Positions 16,121 to 24,467 of a stretch of DNA of 34,216 bases are shown one piece after another; positions within the stretch are counted from its first letter, which is position 1; each line of letters opens with the position of its first letter. The DNA lies in assembly GCA_003218785.1 (NCBI GenBank), contig QHOM01000031.1:1-34216 (forward strand). Reading direction: 5' to 3'. The notes below the pieces were generated by a model. The model worked only from the letters and a program-made list of their open reading frames with translations. It searched no databases and was not told the DNA's origin. The DNA comes from Verrucomicrobiota bacterium. GTDB taxonomy: Bacteria > Verrucomicrobiota > Verrucomicrobiia > Chthoniobacterales > UBA10450. The position numbers and the translations under genes were made by a program.

Positions 16121-16606
16121 ATGAAAAAGTCGAAAAAAGTCAAAACGAAATCGCGCAGCAAGACGCGGAAGCGGTCGGCTTCAAAGAATCTGGAGCAGCG
16201 CATCCCGTATCAGAAACCTGCCCTTCGTAGCGATGCATTTGCCCGAGCGCTAACCGATGCGAAATCGTGCGCCACCAATCCCGAAAGTTTACAAGCGCTT
16301 TTCAACGAGGCAGCGAGGAAGGCAGCGACGGTCCCCAGGGAGCCGTTCAAAGACAACTGGTCCTATCTCCAAACGATGCTGCGTTTAATCCGTGCGTACC
16401 ATCGCGGCGAATACGATCAAGTTTCAAAAGACGCGCTCATGTGGATCATTGCTGCTCTCAATTATTTTGTCGACCCATTCGATTTGATTCCGAACAAAAC
16501 CCCGTTTCTCGGCTTTGTAGATGACGCTACCGTTGTCGAATTTGTAGCCGCGAGAACCCGGCAAACGCTGGATGACTTCATGACGTGGGAAACGACGGTG
16601 CGATAA
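16121..16606 (+). CDS. DUF1232 (YkvA-like) protein with lysine-rich N-terminus
   Basis: LNYFVDPFDLIPNKTPFLGFVDDATVV matches the DUF1232 signature. The N-terminus is MKKSKKVKTKSRSKTRKR. Confidence 0.75.
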   Translation: MKKSKKVKTKSRSKTRKRSASKNLEQRIPYQKPALRSDAFARALTDAKSCATNPESLQALFNEAARKAATVPREPFKDNWSYLQTMLRLIRAYHRGEYDQVSKDALMWIIAALNYFVDPFDLIPNKTPFLGFVDDATVVEFVAARTRQTLDDFMTWETTVR

Positions 16607-16672
16607 CGATTCCGGGAGCGCAGGGCGAGTCTGTGGTCCCCAGAATCTCAATCGCCCTACGCGACAACAGAT

Positions 16673-18049
16673 TCAGACCAGAAGCAGCGCCGGGTTTTCC
16701 AGCAGATGCCGCAGTTCTTTCAGATATTCGGCGCCGAGTGCACCGTCGATTACCCGGTGGTCACAGCTCATTGTGATCGACATGCGATGGCCGACGACGA
16801 TTTGATCGCAATCATCGACCACTGGAACTTTCGTAATCCTGCCGATCGCGAGGATGAAACCTTGCGGCGGATTGATGACCGCAGAAAAACTATCGATGCC
16901 CATACCGCCGAGATTTGAGACAGTGAACGTGCCTCCTTGAAATTCTTCCGGCTTCATTCGTTTGTTGCGCGCGCGATGTGCCAGGTCTTTCACCAGCTCG
17001 CTGATCTCGCGTATCGATTTGTTTTGCGCAGCGCGAATCACCGGTGTCAACAATCCGTCTTCAATTGCAACCGCAATGGCAAGATCGATATCGGCGTACT
17101 GCACAATCGCGTCACCGTCGAATGACGCGTTTACGCGTGAAACTTTCACCGCGGCTTGCACGGCGGCCTTCAACACAAAGTCATTGACGGTAATTTTTGC
17201 AGCGTCCGCCCCTTCTCCTGCGGATTTCAATTCCTCGCGCGCGGCTATGAGCGGCCCGGCGTCGATGTCGATGTTGAGATAAAAATGCGGAATCGGGCCG
17301 AGACTTTCGACGAGGCGTTGCGCGATGATTTTGCGCATGCTGGAAAGTTGAATACGCGCGCTTTCGCCAGCTTTGATTGAGGGTGCTGCAACTTTCGCCG
17401 CGACCGGCGTTTTTAGTGACGCAGCTGTTTTTGATTTTGCAGCGGCGCGCACATCGGTTTCAGTGACGCGACCTTCCGGACCGGTTCCCTTTACATCGGC
17501 AAGATCGACACCAAGCTCGGCCGCGATCCGGCGCGCAACCGGTGACGCTTTCACTCGGGCTTCTTCAAGTTTTTCGACCTTCGGCGCAGGCCTTTCACCA
17601 GCGACCTCCGGCTTCTTTTCATCCTTTTTCTCTTCCTTCTTTTCAGCTTTCGGCTCTTCTTTCTTCGGTTTCTCCGCCTTTTCCTCCGGCTCCTCTTTTG
17701 CCTCTTCCTTTTTGGGCTTCGCTTTCTCTTCTTCCTTCTCCTCTTCGGTTTCAGGCTTTTCCTCTTTTTCCTCCTTCGGTTTTTCCTTTTCCTCCTCTTT
17801 GGGCGCTTCCTCGCCTTCTCCGCCGATGAAAGCGATCCTCTCGCCTACCTTTACCTTGCCGCCCTCTTCAACATAAATGTCGGTAAGCGTCCCATCCTCG
17901 GGCGATTCCCATTCCATCGTCGCCTTGTCGGTCTCGATTTCGGCTAACACTTCGCCAGCCGAAACTTCGTCGCCTTTCTTTTTCTTCCACGCGACGAGAG
18001 TGCCCTCGGCCATCGTGTCACTCAGTTTCGGCATTTGAATTTCAGGCAT
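16673..18049 (-). CDS. pdhC: pyruvate dehydrogenase complex E2, dihydrolipoamide acetyltransferase
   Basis: One lipoyl domain (ETDKATMEWESPEDG), an ~80-aa E/K/P-rich linker, a peripheral-subunit-binding motif (ASPVARRIAAELGVDLADVKGTGPEGRV) and the catalytic DHRVIDGA. Confidence 0.95.
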   Translation of the reverse strand: MPEIQMPKLSDTMAEGTLVAWKKKKGDEVSAGEVLAEIETDKATMEWESPEDGTLTDIYVEEGGKVKVGERIAFIGGEGEEAPKEEEKEKPKEEKEEKPETEEEKEEEKAKPKKEEAKEEPEEKAEKPKKEEPKAEKKEEKKDEKKPEVAGERPAPKVEKLEEARVKASPVARRIAAELGVDLADVKGTGPEGRVTETDVRAAAKSKTAASLKTPVAAKVAAPSIKAGESARIQLSSMRKIIAQRLVESLGPIPHFYLNIDIDAGPLIAAREELKSAGEGADAAKITVNDFVLKAAVQAAVKVSRVNASFDGDAIVQYADIDLAIAVAIEDGLLTPVIRAAQNKSIREISELVKDLAHRARNKRMKPEEFQGGTFTVSNLGGMGIDSFSAVINPPQGFILAIGRITKVPVVDDCDQIVVGHRMSITMSCDHRVIDGALGAEYLKELRHLLENPALLLV

Positions 18050-18068
18050 GGAGGAAAAGTTAAAAAAA

Positions 18069-18125
18069 TTACAAGAGTTACAATGTTACAACAGTCTCCG
18101 TTTTGAACCTTGTAACATTTGTAAC
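18069..18125 (-). promoter_or_regulatory. TTACAA-repeat inverted repeat / long AU-rich stem-loop in the pdhB-pdhC spacer
   Basis: Three direct TTACAA copies (18069, 18078, 18086) face two TTGTAA copies (18110, 18119). On the mRNA, GUUACAAAUGUUACAA pairs with UUGUAACAUUGUAAC (15 bp, one bulged A, 18-nt loop). UCUUGUAAUUUUUUUAAC follows, 27 nt before the pdhC ATG. Confidence 0.6.
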
Positions 18126-18138
18126 CCTTTTAACGTCG

Positions 18139-19122
18139 TCATGTGTAGCAAACCTGTTTCACGGCCGCGACGAGTTTATCCGCGTTCGGCAGCACGGCCT
18201 TCTCGAGACGCTCATTGTACGGCATCGGTACATCTTCTTGTGATACGCGAAAGATGGGCGCATCGAGCTCATCAAAAATGTTTTTCTGAATTCGATAGCA
18301 GACCTCTGCGCCAACGCCACAAAACGGATGATCTTGCTCGACGATCACCACGCGATGCGTTTTTGCGACTGAATCTAAAATTGCTCTCTCATCGAGCGGC
18401 TTGATCGAGCGAAGATCGACAATTTCCGCAGAAATGTCTTCCTCTTCCAGTTGAGCCGCAACTTTAAGCGCGAGCGGAACAGTCTGTGCATAACAAATAA
18501 TCGAGACATCGCTGCCTTCCCGCTTCACTTCCGCTTTGCCGAGAGGAATGAGCAGCTCTTCGTCTGGAGGCTCGACTATTCCCTTGGAGCTGTAGAGCAG
18601 TTCAGCTTCCAAAACGAGCACGGGGTTGTTGTCGCGCACCGCGGTTTTCAACAACCCTTTCGCGTCACGCGGCGTGGCCGGCGTGCAGACCTTCAACCCT
18701 GGCACGCTGGCGTAGAAGTTTTCGGTCGCGTGCGAGTGCGTTGCACCGAGTTGATGCGCCGGACCATTGGGGCCGCGGAAAGTGATCGGGACATTAAATT
18801 GCCCACCCGACATTGTGAACATGTTCGGCGCGTTATTCACGACCTGATCGAAAGCTACGAGCGAAAAGCTGAACGTCATAAATTCGATAATCGGCCGCAA
18901 GCCGACCATCGCCGCTCCAACGCCTAGACCCGCAAATCCATTCTCGCTGATGGGAGTGTCGATGATGCGTCTTGGCCCAAAGCGCTCGAGCAGACCCTGA
19001 CTTACTTTGTAGGCGCCGTGATATTCGGCAACCTCTTCGCCCATTAGGAATACGTTTGGATCGCGCTCCAACTCTTCAGCCAGCGCTTCGTTGAGTGCCT
19101 GGCGATAAGTAATTTCTCTCAC
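18139..19122 (-). CDS. pdhB: pyruvate dehydrogenase E1 beta subunit
   Basis: ITYRQALNEALAEELERDPNVFLMGEEV N-terminus with transketolase-like Pyr and C-terminal domains. The GTG start overlaps the pdhA stop (GTGA at 19119-19122). Confidence 0.95.
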   Translation of the reverse strand: MREITYRQALNEALAEELERDPNVFLMGEEVAEYHGAYKVSQGLLERFGPRRIIDTPISENGFAGLGVGAAMVGLRPIIEFMTFSFSLVAFDQVVNNAPNMFTMSGGQFNVPITFRGPNGPAHQLGATHSHATENFYASVPGLKVCTPATPRDAKGLLKTAVRDNNPVLVLEAELLYSSKGIVEPPDEELLIPLGKAEVKREGSDVSIICYAQTVPLALKVAAQLEEEDISAEIVDLRSIKPLDERAILDSVAKTHRVVIVEQDHPFCGVGAEVCYRIQKNIFDELDAPIFRVSQEDVPMPYNERLEKAVLPNADKLVAAVKQVCYT

Positions 19123-20105
19123 GGCTTTGCCCTGTCCGCGTAGGTAAAATCGTGCAGCTTTTCGATCAGGGCTTGAGGGCTTGCTTCGGCGAATTTTACG
19201 CTCGCAAGCACCATTTCCTTTGAGCGCTTGTCGAGCAGATCGAATTGCTCGTTTGTTAATTTCCCTTCCCGCGTGAGCTGAGCACGCAAACGCGTAATTG
19301 GATCATCGAGCCGATACTTCTCCAGTTCCAGCTTGGTGCGGTAACTTGCCGGGTCGGACATCGAGTGACCGCGGTACCGATAAGTTCGAACCTCGAGGAA
19401 CGCCGGATGGGGCTCCTTCCGAATGGAGTCCACGATTTCGGCGACTTTGTCGCGAACTTCGCGAAAGTTCATTCCATCGACAATTTCTCCGGGAATGTCG
19501 TAGCCCTCTGCGCGATCGACAATTTGCTTCAGCGATGTCGATCTTTTCACCGACGTGCCCATGGCGAAGAGGTTGTTTTCGCAAATGAAAACGATCGGCA
19601 ATTTATAAAGAGCAGCGAGATTCAGAGCTTCGTGGAAAGATCCTTGATTGATTGCACCGTCGCCGAAGAAGCAGAGTGTCACGCGATCCTCGTCCCGGTA
19701 CTTGATCGAAAAGGCCAATCCAACAGCCAATGGCACGTGGGCGCCCACAATAGCGTGACCACCGTACATGTGATTTTGCCGGTTGAAGAAGTGCATCGAG
19801 CCACCCAGCCCTCGCGAGCATCCGGTTTCTTTTCCAAAAAGCTCGGCCATGCATGCGTTTGCGCTCGTGCCGCGGGCGAGTGCGTGCGCATGATCGCGAT
19901 ATGCGGTGATGATGTAATCATCGTCACGCACAGCCGCCACCGCTCCGGCCACGATCGCTTCCTGGCCGATGTAGAGATGACAAAAGCCGCCGATCTTCTG
20001 CGCTTGATACTGTTGGCTCGCGCGTTCCTCGAAACGCCGGATTAACAGCATCAGCGAGAGCATCTCGACTTCGTCGCGCTGCTCCGCCGACTGCATGGCG
20101 GTCAT
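19119..20105 (-). CDS. pdhA: pyruvate dehydrogenase E1 alpha subunit (TPP-binding)
   Basis: GFCHLYIGQEA, GGSMH, FFGDGAINQG and YRYRGHSMSDP motifs. Confidence 0.95.
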   Translation of the reverse strand: MTAMQSAEQRDEVEMLSLMLLIRRFEERASQQYQAQKIGGFCHLYIGQEAIVAGAVAAVRDDDYIITAYRDHAHALARGTSANACMAELFGKETGCSRGLGGSMHFFNRQNHMYGGHAIVGAHVPLAVGLAFSIKYRDEDRVTLCFFGDGAINQGSFHEALNLAALYKLPIVFICENNLFAMGTSVKRSTSLKQIVDRAEGYDIPGEIVDGMNFREVRDKVAEIVDSIRKEPHPAFLEVRTYRYRGHSMSDPASYRTKLELEKYRLDDPITRLRAQLTREGKLTNEQFDLLDKRSKEMVLASVKFAEASPQALIEKLHDFTYADRAKP

Positions 20106-20704
20106 CCCGCAGCTGCGGGACGGAACCGCGCGGCGCCGGCACGTGACCTCTCAGCGCTTCGGCCGAAGTTCATGCAGAGAACAAAGAGTATAGTGAACAG
20201 AAGATCGCTAATGAGCGAATTGCGAAAAAACATCCAGCTCGGCGTCGCGCTGTACTGAGGCAATCCCACTGTGAGCGCTTGGATGAATCCTCCCAAATTC
20301 TTCGCGTAACCAGGATCGCTCAACCAGGAAAACGCGTTCGTGATTCCGTAAAAAAATGTCGATCCAGCAATGGAAGCCGGCAAAAGCGCCTTCAGCGATG
20401 CGCGATTCTGCAAAAGAAACCCGGCGCAGCCGACCGCAGCGAGCGCGAAATAACGCATGAAAATTTGCGGGTCGAGCAGCGGCGCACCGTAACGAAAATT
20501 TATCACCGCGTCGGAAATAAAAAGCGTAATGAGAGGCACTGAGAATTTGTATCTTTTTGGAAAGTAGGCCGCACAACAGAGCGCAATCGCTGCGACCGGC
20601 GCGAAATTGGAAAGCCAGCTCGCGCCGGAGTGAATCAAGAGTCCAGTCGTAACGCGATAAGCGGCGGCCGAAAGAACAAGGAGAATAGCAGGAATCATTC
20701 GCAA
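20102..20704 (-). CDS. DUF6580-family integral membrane protein
   Basis: 200 aa with ~6 TM helices. SNFAPVAAIALCCAAYFP, FFYGITNAFSWL and MFFRNSLISDLLFT resemble the DUF6580 pattern as I recall it. Its stop overlaps the pdhA ATG (ATGA at 20102-20105). Confidence 0.7.
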   Translation of the reverse strand: MRMIPAILLVLSAAAYRVTTGLLIHSGASWLSNFAPVAAIALCCAAYFPKRYKFSVPLITLFISDAVINFRYGAPLLDPQIFMRYFALAAVGCAGFLLQNRASLKALLPASIAGSTFFYGITNAFSWLSDPGYAKNLGGFIQALTVGLPQYSATPSWMFFRNSLISDLLFTILFVLCMNFGRSAERSRAGAARFRPAAAG

Positions 20705-20789
20705 GAATCTATCCGTCCCGAGAGATATGCAAAGGCCATTTGCTCCGCCCCTGACAAACCGCGCGCTAAGATCAACTTCGAACCTGAAA

Positions 20790-21044
20790 CTACTTCCTTG
20801 AGGCGGCCACGAGCGCTCTGTTGAGCCGCGCTTTGCGGCGATTAGCGGCGTTTCTATGCACGATCCCGCGCTTGGCCGCCTTATCGATTGCTGAGATCAC
20901 TGCGCGGATTTGATCTGCGCTGGATGTTGCCGAGGAACGCGCTCGCTTCTGCATGCTTCGCAGACGCGTAACCACGCTGCGATTATGAAGCGATCGCTTC
21001 AATGTCTGGCGGGCGCGCTTGACGGCTGATCTCGTGTTGGCCAT
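20790..21044 (-). CDS. rpsT: 30S ribosomal protein S20
   Basis: MANTRSAVKRARQTLKR... is the S20 N-terminal signature. The track start at 21101 is an upstream extension. Confidence 0.9.
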   Translation of the reverse strand: MANTRSAVKRARQTLKRSLHNRSVVTRLRSMQKRARSSATSSADQIRAVISAIDKAAKRGIVHRNAANRRKARLNRALVAASRK

Positions 21045-21144
21045 TGCTTGATCGAAAACTGTGTGGGCGTGGACGCTCGCGGGCGCAATCACGATTGTCA
21101 AGAGTCACTCACAGCGGCCTGCAAATGCCACGGAGCGATTACCC

Positions 21145-21912
21145 TCAAGCACGTGGATTGTTTTGGACCATTGCCGTCCCTTTGTTTAGAACCGGCGGCG
21201 CTTTGCGAGCATGGTTTTTCAGTCGCTCTGCAGCGAGCGCTCCCGCCATTCGCATTTGCTCGACCGTGAGCGAACCGGAAGTGGATGCGGAAGCAAGCTG
21301 CTCCTGAGCCTTCGATTTTTCGACTTGCACCGTCATGGTATTACTCGACCGCGCTGGCGGCGCGTTTCGCACTTTGGGCAAACGATCGGGAATAATTTGC
21401 ACAATCGCGCCGAGCGGAACTTGAGTGTATAGGGCGGCGATGTCGCTCGATTTCATCCGGATGCAGCCGTAACTGGCGGGCCGGCCGATTGTCTTCTCTT
21501 CCGGCGTGCCATGAATGTAAATACAGCGATGAAAGGCCAGCGCGTTTTGAGCTTCCAGCCCGCGCAACCAAATGATCCGCGTAATGACCGGATCGCGGCC
21601 CGGCGCGTTTGGCGTAAGAATTTCGCCGGTGAACCGCCGATTGTGGAACACGGCGCCGACTGGTGCGTTGTCGCCGATTTTTTGGGCAACCGTGAGATAA
21701 CCAAGAGGCGTTGTCATTCGCCCCAAAAAATCACCCAGTCCGAACTTGGAAGTGGAGACTGGATAAGTTGCGACCTTGCCACCGTTTTGTAGAAGCATCA
21801 GCTTCTGATCCCGCACACTGATTATAAGACCGTTTTGAACTTGGGTTTGGGCGGCAGGCAGCGCAGGAGCGAGCGAAATAAGACCGAAAATTATAGCGAA
21901 GCGCCGAAACAT
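21145..21912 (-). CDS. L,D-transpeptidase (YkuD domain), secreted
   Basis: Signal peptide MFRRFAIIFGLISLAPALPAAQ. The catalytic region is IYIHGT ... SYGCIRM. The C-terminal tail is low-complexity. Confidence 0.9.
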   Translation of the reverse strand: MFRRFAIIFGLISLAPALPAAQTQVQNGLIISVRDQKLMLLQNGGKVATYPVSTSKFGLGDFLGRMTTPLGYLTVAQKIGDNAPVGAVFHNRRFTGEILTPNAPGRDPVITRIIWLRGLEAQNALAFHRCIYIHGTPEEKTIGRPASYGCIRMKSSDIAALYTQVPLGAIVQIIPDRLPKVRNAPPARSSNTMTVQVEKSKAQEQLASASTSGSLTVEQMRMAGALAAERLKNHARKAPPVLNKGTAMVQNNPRA

Positions 21913-21944
21913 GCGCCCTTTCTTACTCGAAGGTCAGCGTCTTG

Positions 21945-23495
21945 TCACGCGGAAATTACGGTAGCGGGCCGTGAGCCGCCAAAACTGGTTTTGAGCCAGC
22001 GATTCGCGAACGAAGAGATACAGACATAAAGGAAGCCGCCTTGGAACATGAGCAGGAAGGGCACCGAGAGAAACTGTCCATGCGCAATCGCGAACCAAAG
22101 GAAGTAGGTGAAATAAATCGCGAAAGCCAGTTCTGCGAGCGGGAGGGCTGATTTCAGCGGCCGGTACTTGCAGGTTCGCCAATGTTGCGATTTGCGTTCG
22201 ATGCCGTACTTGGGTGTGCGTGTGAAATCCGACTTGTGATTGAAGAGCGCCTCCAGCACTGCGCGCGCGTTGTTCAGCGAAAGACCAATGCCAAGGGCGA
22301 GCAAGCACGGCAGAAAAAGAATCTCTTTCATCCACGTTCGCGGATGCAGCTCCCGCTGCGCGCAAATATAAAAAATCGCTACCGAGACTGACGCCGCTAG
22401 GAAAATCGGAACATCGATTAGCAGCGTCCGCAACCAACCACCCCCGGGCGCGCCGGATGAGGGGTGCAAGAGGACGCATAAGAAAGCAAGCAGCAAGTAG
22501 GCGAAGTTCGACATCAAATGCCCCGTGGCCTCAAGTTTGATCGGAAATGGAAGCCGGCTGCGCCAAATTGTGGGCAACAGTTTCTTGCAGGTCTGGATGG
22601 ATCCCTTTGTCCAGCGATGCTGTTGAGATTTAAACCCGTTCATATCTACTGGAAGTTCAGCGGGAGTTACAACGTCAGAAAGAAAGATAAATTTCCAACC
22701 GACAAGCTGGGCGCGATAGCTGAGATCAAGATCTTCACAGAGCGTGTCGTGCTGCCAGCCGCCAGCTTCCTCGATACAGGAACGCCGCCAGAGACCGGCG
22801 GTTCCATTGAAATTGAAAAACCGGCCGCTTCGGCTGCGCGCGGTTTGCTCGAGCAAAAGATGGCCATCCAGAAAGATCGCTTGCATGCGGGTGAGCAGCG
22901 AATAACCGCGATTCAAATGGCCCCATCTCGTCTGGATCATTCCTACTTTCGGATCGCTGAAGAAATGGATCGTGCGCTTTAGCAAATCCGGAGGCGGGAC
23001 AAAATCGGCGTCAAGGATACAAACAAATTCGCCCTGTGCGGCCTCCAGCCCTACGGCCAGCGCGCCAGCCTTGAAACCGGTGCGATCTACCCGATGAATG
23101 CGTTGAACGTTAAAACCGCGCTGCCGCAATTCGTCGGCGCAGGAGGCCGTGATTTCGCGGGTCTCATCAATCGAATCGTCCAGCACCTGGATTTGGAGAA
23201 GCTCCCGGGGATAGTCCAGTTCGCTCACGGAACGAAGCAAACGCTCGGCTACGTACATCTCGTTAAAAATTGGCAACTGCATCGTCACCGTCGGCAGTTG
23301 TTCAAAGTAACGGGCCGGAACCGGTGCGCGCTTCCGGTTTTTGAGATACAGATAAATGATGAAGTAGCGATGGACACCGTACGCCGAAAGACCGATGAGC
23401 ACACTCAGATAGCAGACGGTCCAGATAATGTGTCCGAGGCTTCCTTGCATTGGAGTTTCCACCGCTGCTACTAGTTGAGACAGCAAGGGCGACAT
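21945..23495 (-). CDS. processive family-2 glycosyltransferase (cellulose-synthase/CslA-like beta-glycan synthase)
   Basis: 516 aa. An N-terminal TM helix is followed by LPIFNE, VLDDS, ILDADF (DxD), QTRWGHLN and QHRWTKGS (QxxRW), then C-terminal TM helices. Confidence 0.85.
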   Translation of the reverse strand: MSPLLSQLVAAVETPMQGSLGHIIWTVCYLSVLIGLSAYGVHRYFIIYLYLKNRKRAPVPARYFEQLPTVTMQLPIFNEMYVAERLLRSVSELDYPRELLQIQVLDDSIDETREITASCADELRQRGFNVQRIHRVDRTGFKAGALAVGLEAAQGEFVCILDADFVPPPDLLKRTIHFFSDPKVGMIQTRWGHLNRGYSLLTRMQAIFLDGHLLLEQTARSRSGRFFNFNGTAGLWRRSCIEEAGGWQHDTLCEDLDLSYRAQLVGWKFIFLSDVVTPAELPVDMNGFKSQQHRWTKGSIQTCKKLLPTIWRSRLPFPIKLEATGHLMSNFAYLLLAFLCVLLHPSSGAPGGGWLRTLLIDVPIFLAASVSVAIFYICAQRELHPRTWMKEILFLPCLLALGIGLSLNNARAVLEALFNHKSDFTRTPKYGIERKSQHWRTCKYRPLKSALPLAELAFAIYFTYFLWFAIAHGQFLSVPFLLMFQGGFLYVCISSFANRWLKTSFGGSRPATVISA

Positions 23496-23584
23496 GATGC
23501 CGTTTTCAGCATGTGCGTCAAATCAAAAAAAATCGTACGTTTGCGTGTGAAAATGGCGGCTCTAGCACGAAAAAGCCTCGGGGC

Positions 23585-23794
23585 ATGGCGCAGAGAGCGA
23601 GAATGTTGTGTTCATTGTCGATCTTCGTAATTGGGGGTGCGACCGGCCTTGCAACACCCGTGATGCCGCAAGAGGAACCAATCACCGAACAGGGATACGA
23701 GCGCGAGGAACTGGGCATGAATGTTTACACTGCGCCGTTGATCGCGCGCATATTTCAACAACTCGATGAGTTCATGCGGTTGCCTTTCGGGTAA
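23585..23794 (+). CDS. small secreted hypothetical protein, or the 5' piece of a decayed gene
   Basis: The ATG at 23585 gives MAQRARMLCSLSIFVIGGATGLATPVMPQ (signal-peptide-like) followed by 40 aa, ending at TAA 23792-23794. No family was recognised. Confidence 0.3.
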   Translation: MAQRARMLCSLSIFVIGGATGLATPVMPQEEPITEQGYEREELGMNVYTAPLIARIFQQLDEFMRLPFG

Positions 23795-24398
23795 CTGCAA
23801 CGAGAATTTCCAAAAGTGAGTCCTGGCAGCCGCGAGCGAAAAACTCCGATCTTTGGAAGATTGGTGGCCAACAGATTGACTGTCGAAGCAGAGAAGAAAC
23901 TGCGGTCGATAACCTGGGGGTTTTGATGAGAGAAGGTCGTGGCCTTGCCGTGGCTGATCGGGGACCCGCCATGACCAAGCCTCATTGGCCTAATGCGCCG
24001 CGGCGAGTGGCGCGCACTACGCAAAGAACTTATCGCGACACAAGCAGATGTTGAACAGGCGATGATCGAGTTGCGCGATCAAAAAGTGGCGCATTTGATC
24101 AGTCTTGGTGGCTGCTTGCGAGGCTTGGAGATCAACGAGCGGCAATCGAACTGGATTTTTCGCCCGAACGGGCAAAAGTCCTCGCGCAACACGAGCTGGT
24201 CGATTACTTCGCAGCAGAATTGAAGACATTACCGCCAGCACAGGCGCACAGGTCACTCTTTGAGAAACTTCGCTCACGGTTAACGCCATTCACGTTTCCT
24301 TAAGCAAAGCAACCGGAGAGGGATTGAACTTGGCGGATGTGAAGGCGATTCATGCCCAAGTGCGCCAGTTAAACCTCGCGATTCGTCAAAGCGAGTGA
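23795..24398 (+). pseudogene. candidate gene remnant: protein-like segments spread over three forward frames
   Basis: No intact ORF is present. The frame of 23585 continues open to 24223 apart from TGA-TGA (23924-23929) and TGA (23972-23974). Helical-looking pieces are SEKLRSLEDWW (23835-23867), NRLTVEAEKKLRSI (23870-23911), EWRALRKELIATQADVEQAMIELRDQKVAHL (from 23993), AAIELDFSPERAKVLAQHELVDYFAAELKTL (from 24139) and GLNLADVKAIHAQVRQLNLAIRQSE (24321-24395). Confidence 0.3.
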
Positions 24399-24467
24399 GC
24401 GACATTCGCCTTGCCTGATGCGGCGAGCCGGTTAACGGTGATAAGCTAATTTTCGCAACCTACGGGA

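Noticed and set aside
17373-17876. 167-aa S/F-rich plus-strand ORF
   Set aside because: It is the antisense shadow of the E/K-rich linker of pdhC. The low-complexity composition mirrors the polypurine coding strand.
19365-20045. 226-aa plus-strand ORF inside pdhA
   Set aside because: It is antisense to a strongly supported TPP-binding E1 alpha gene.
23792-23974. Stop-codon recoding (selenocysteine or read-through) to explain the in-frame TAA, TGA-TGA and TGA
   Set aside because: The stops are of mixed types and include a tandem TGA-TGA. No SECIS-like hairpin was noticed, and the best protein-like segments switch frames as well. Decay or error is the simpler explanation.
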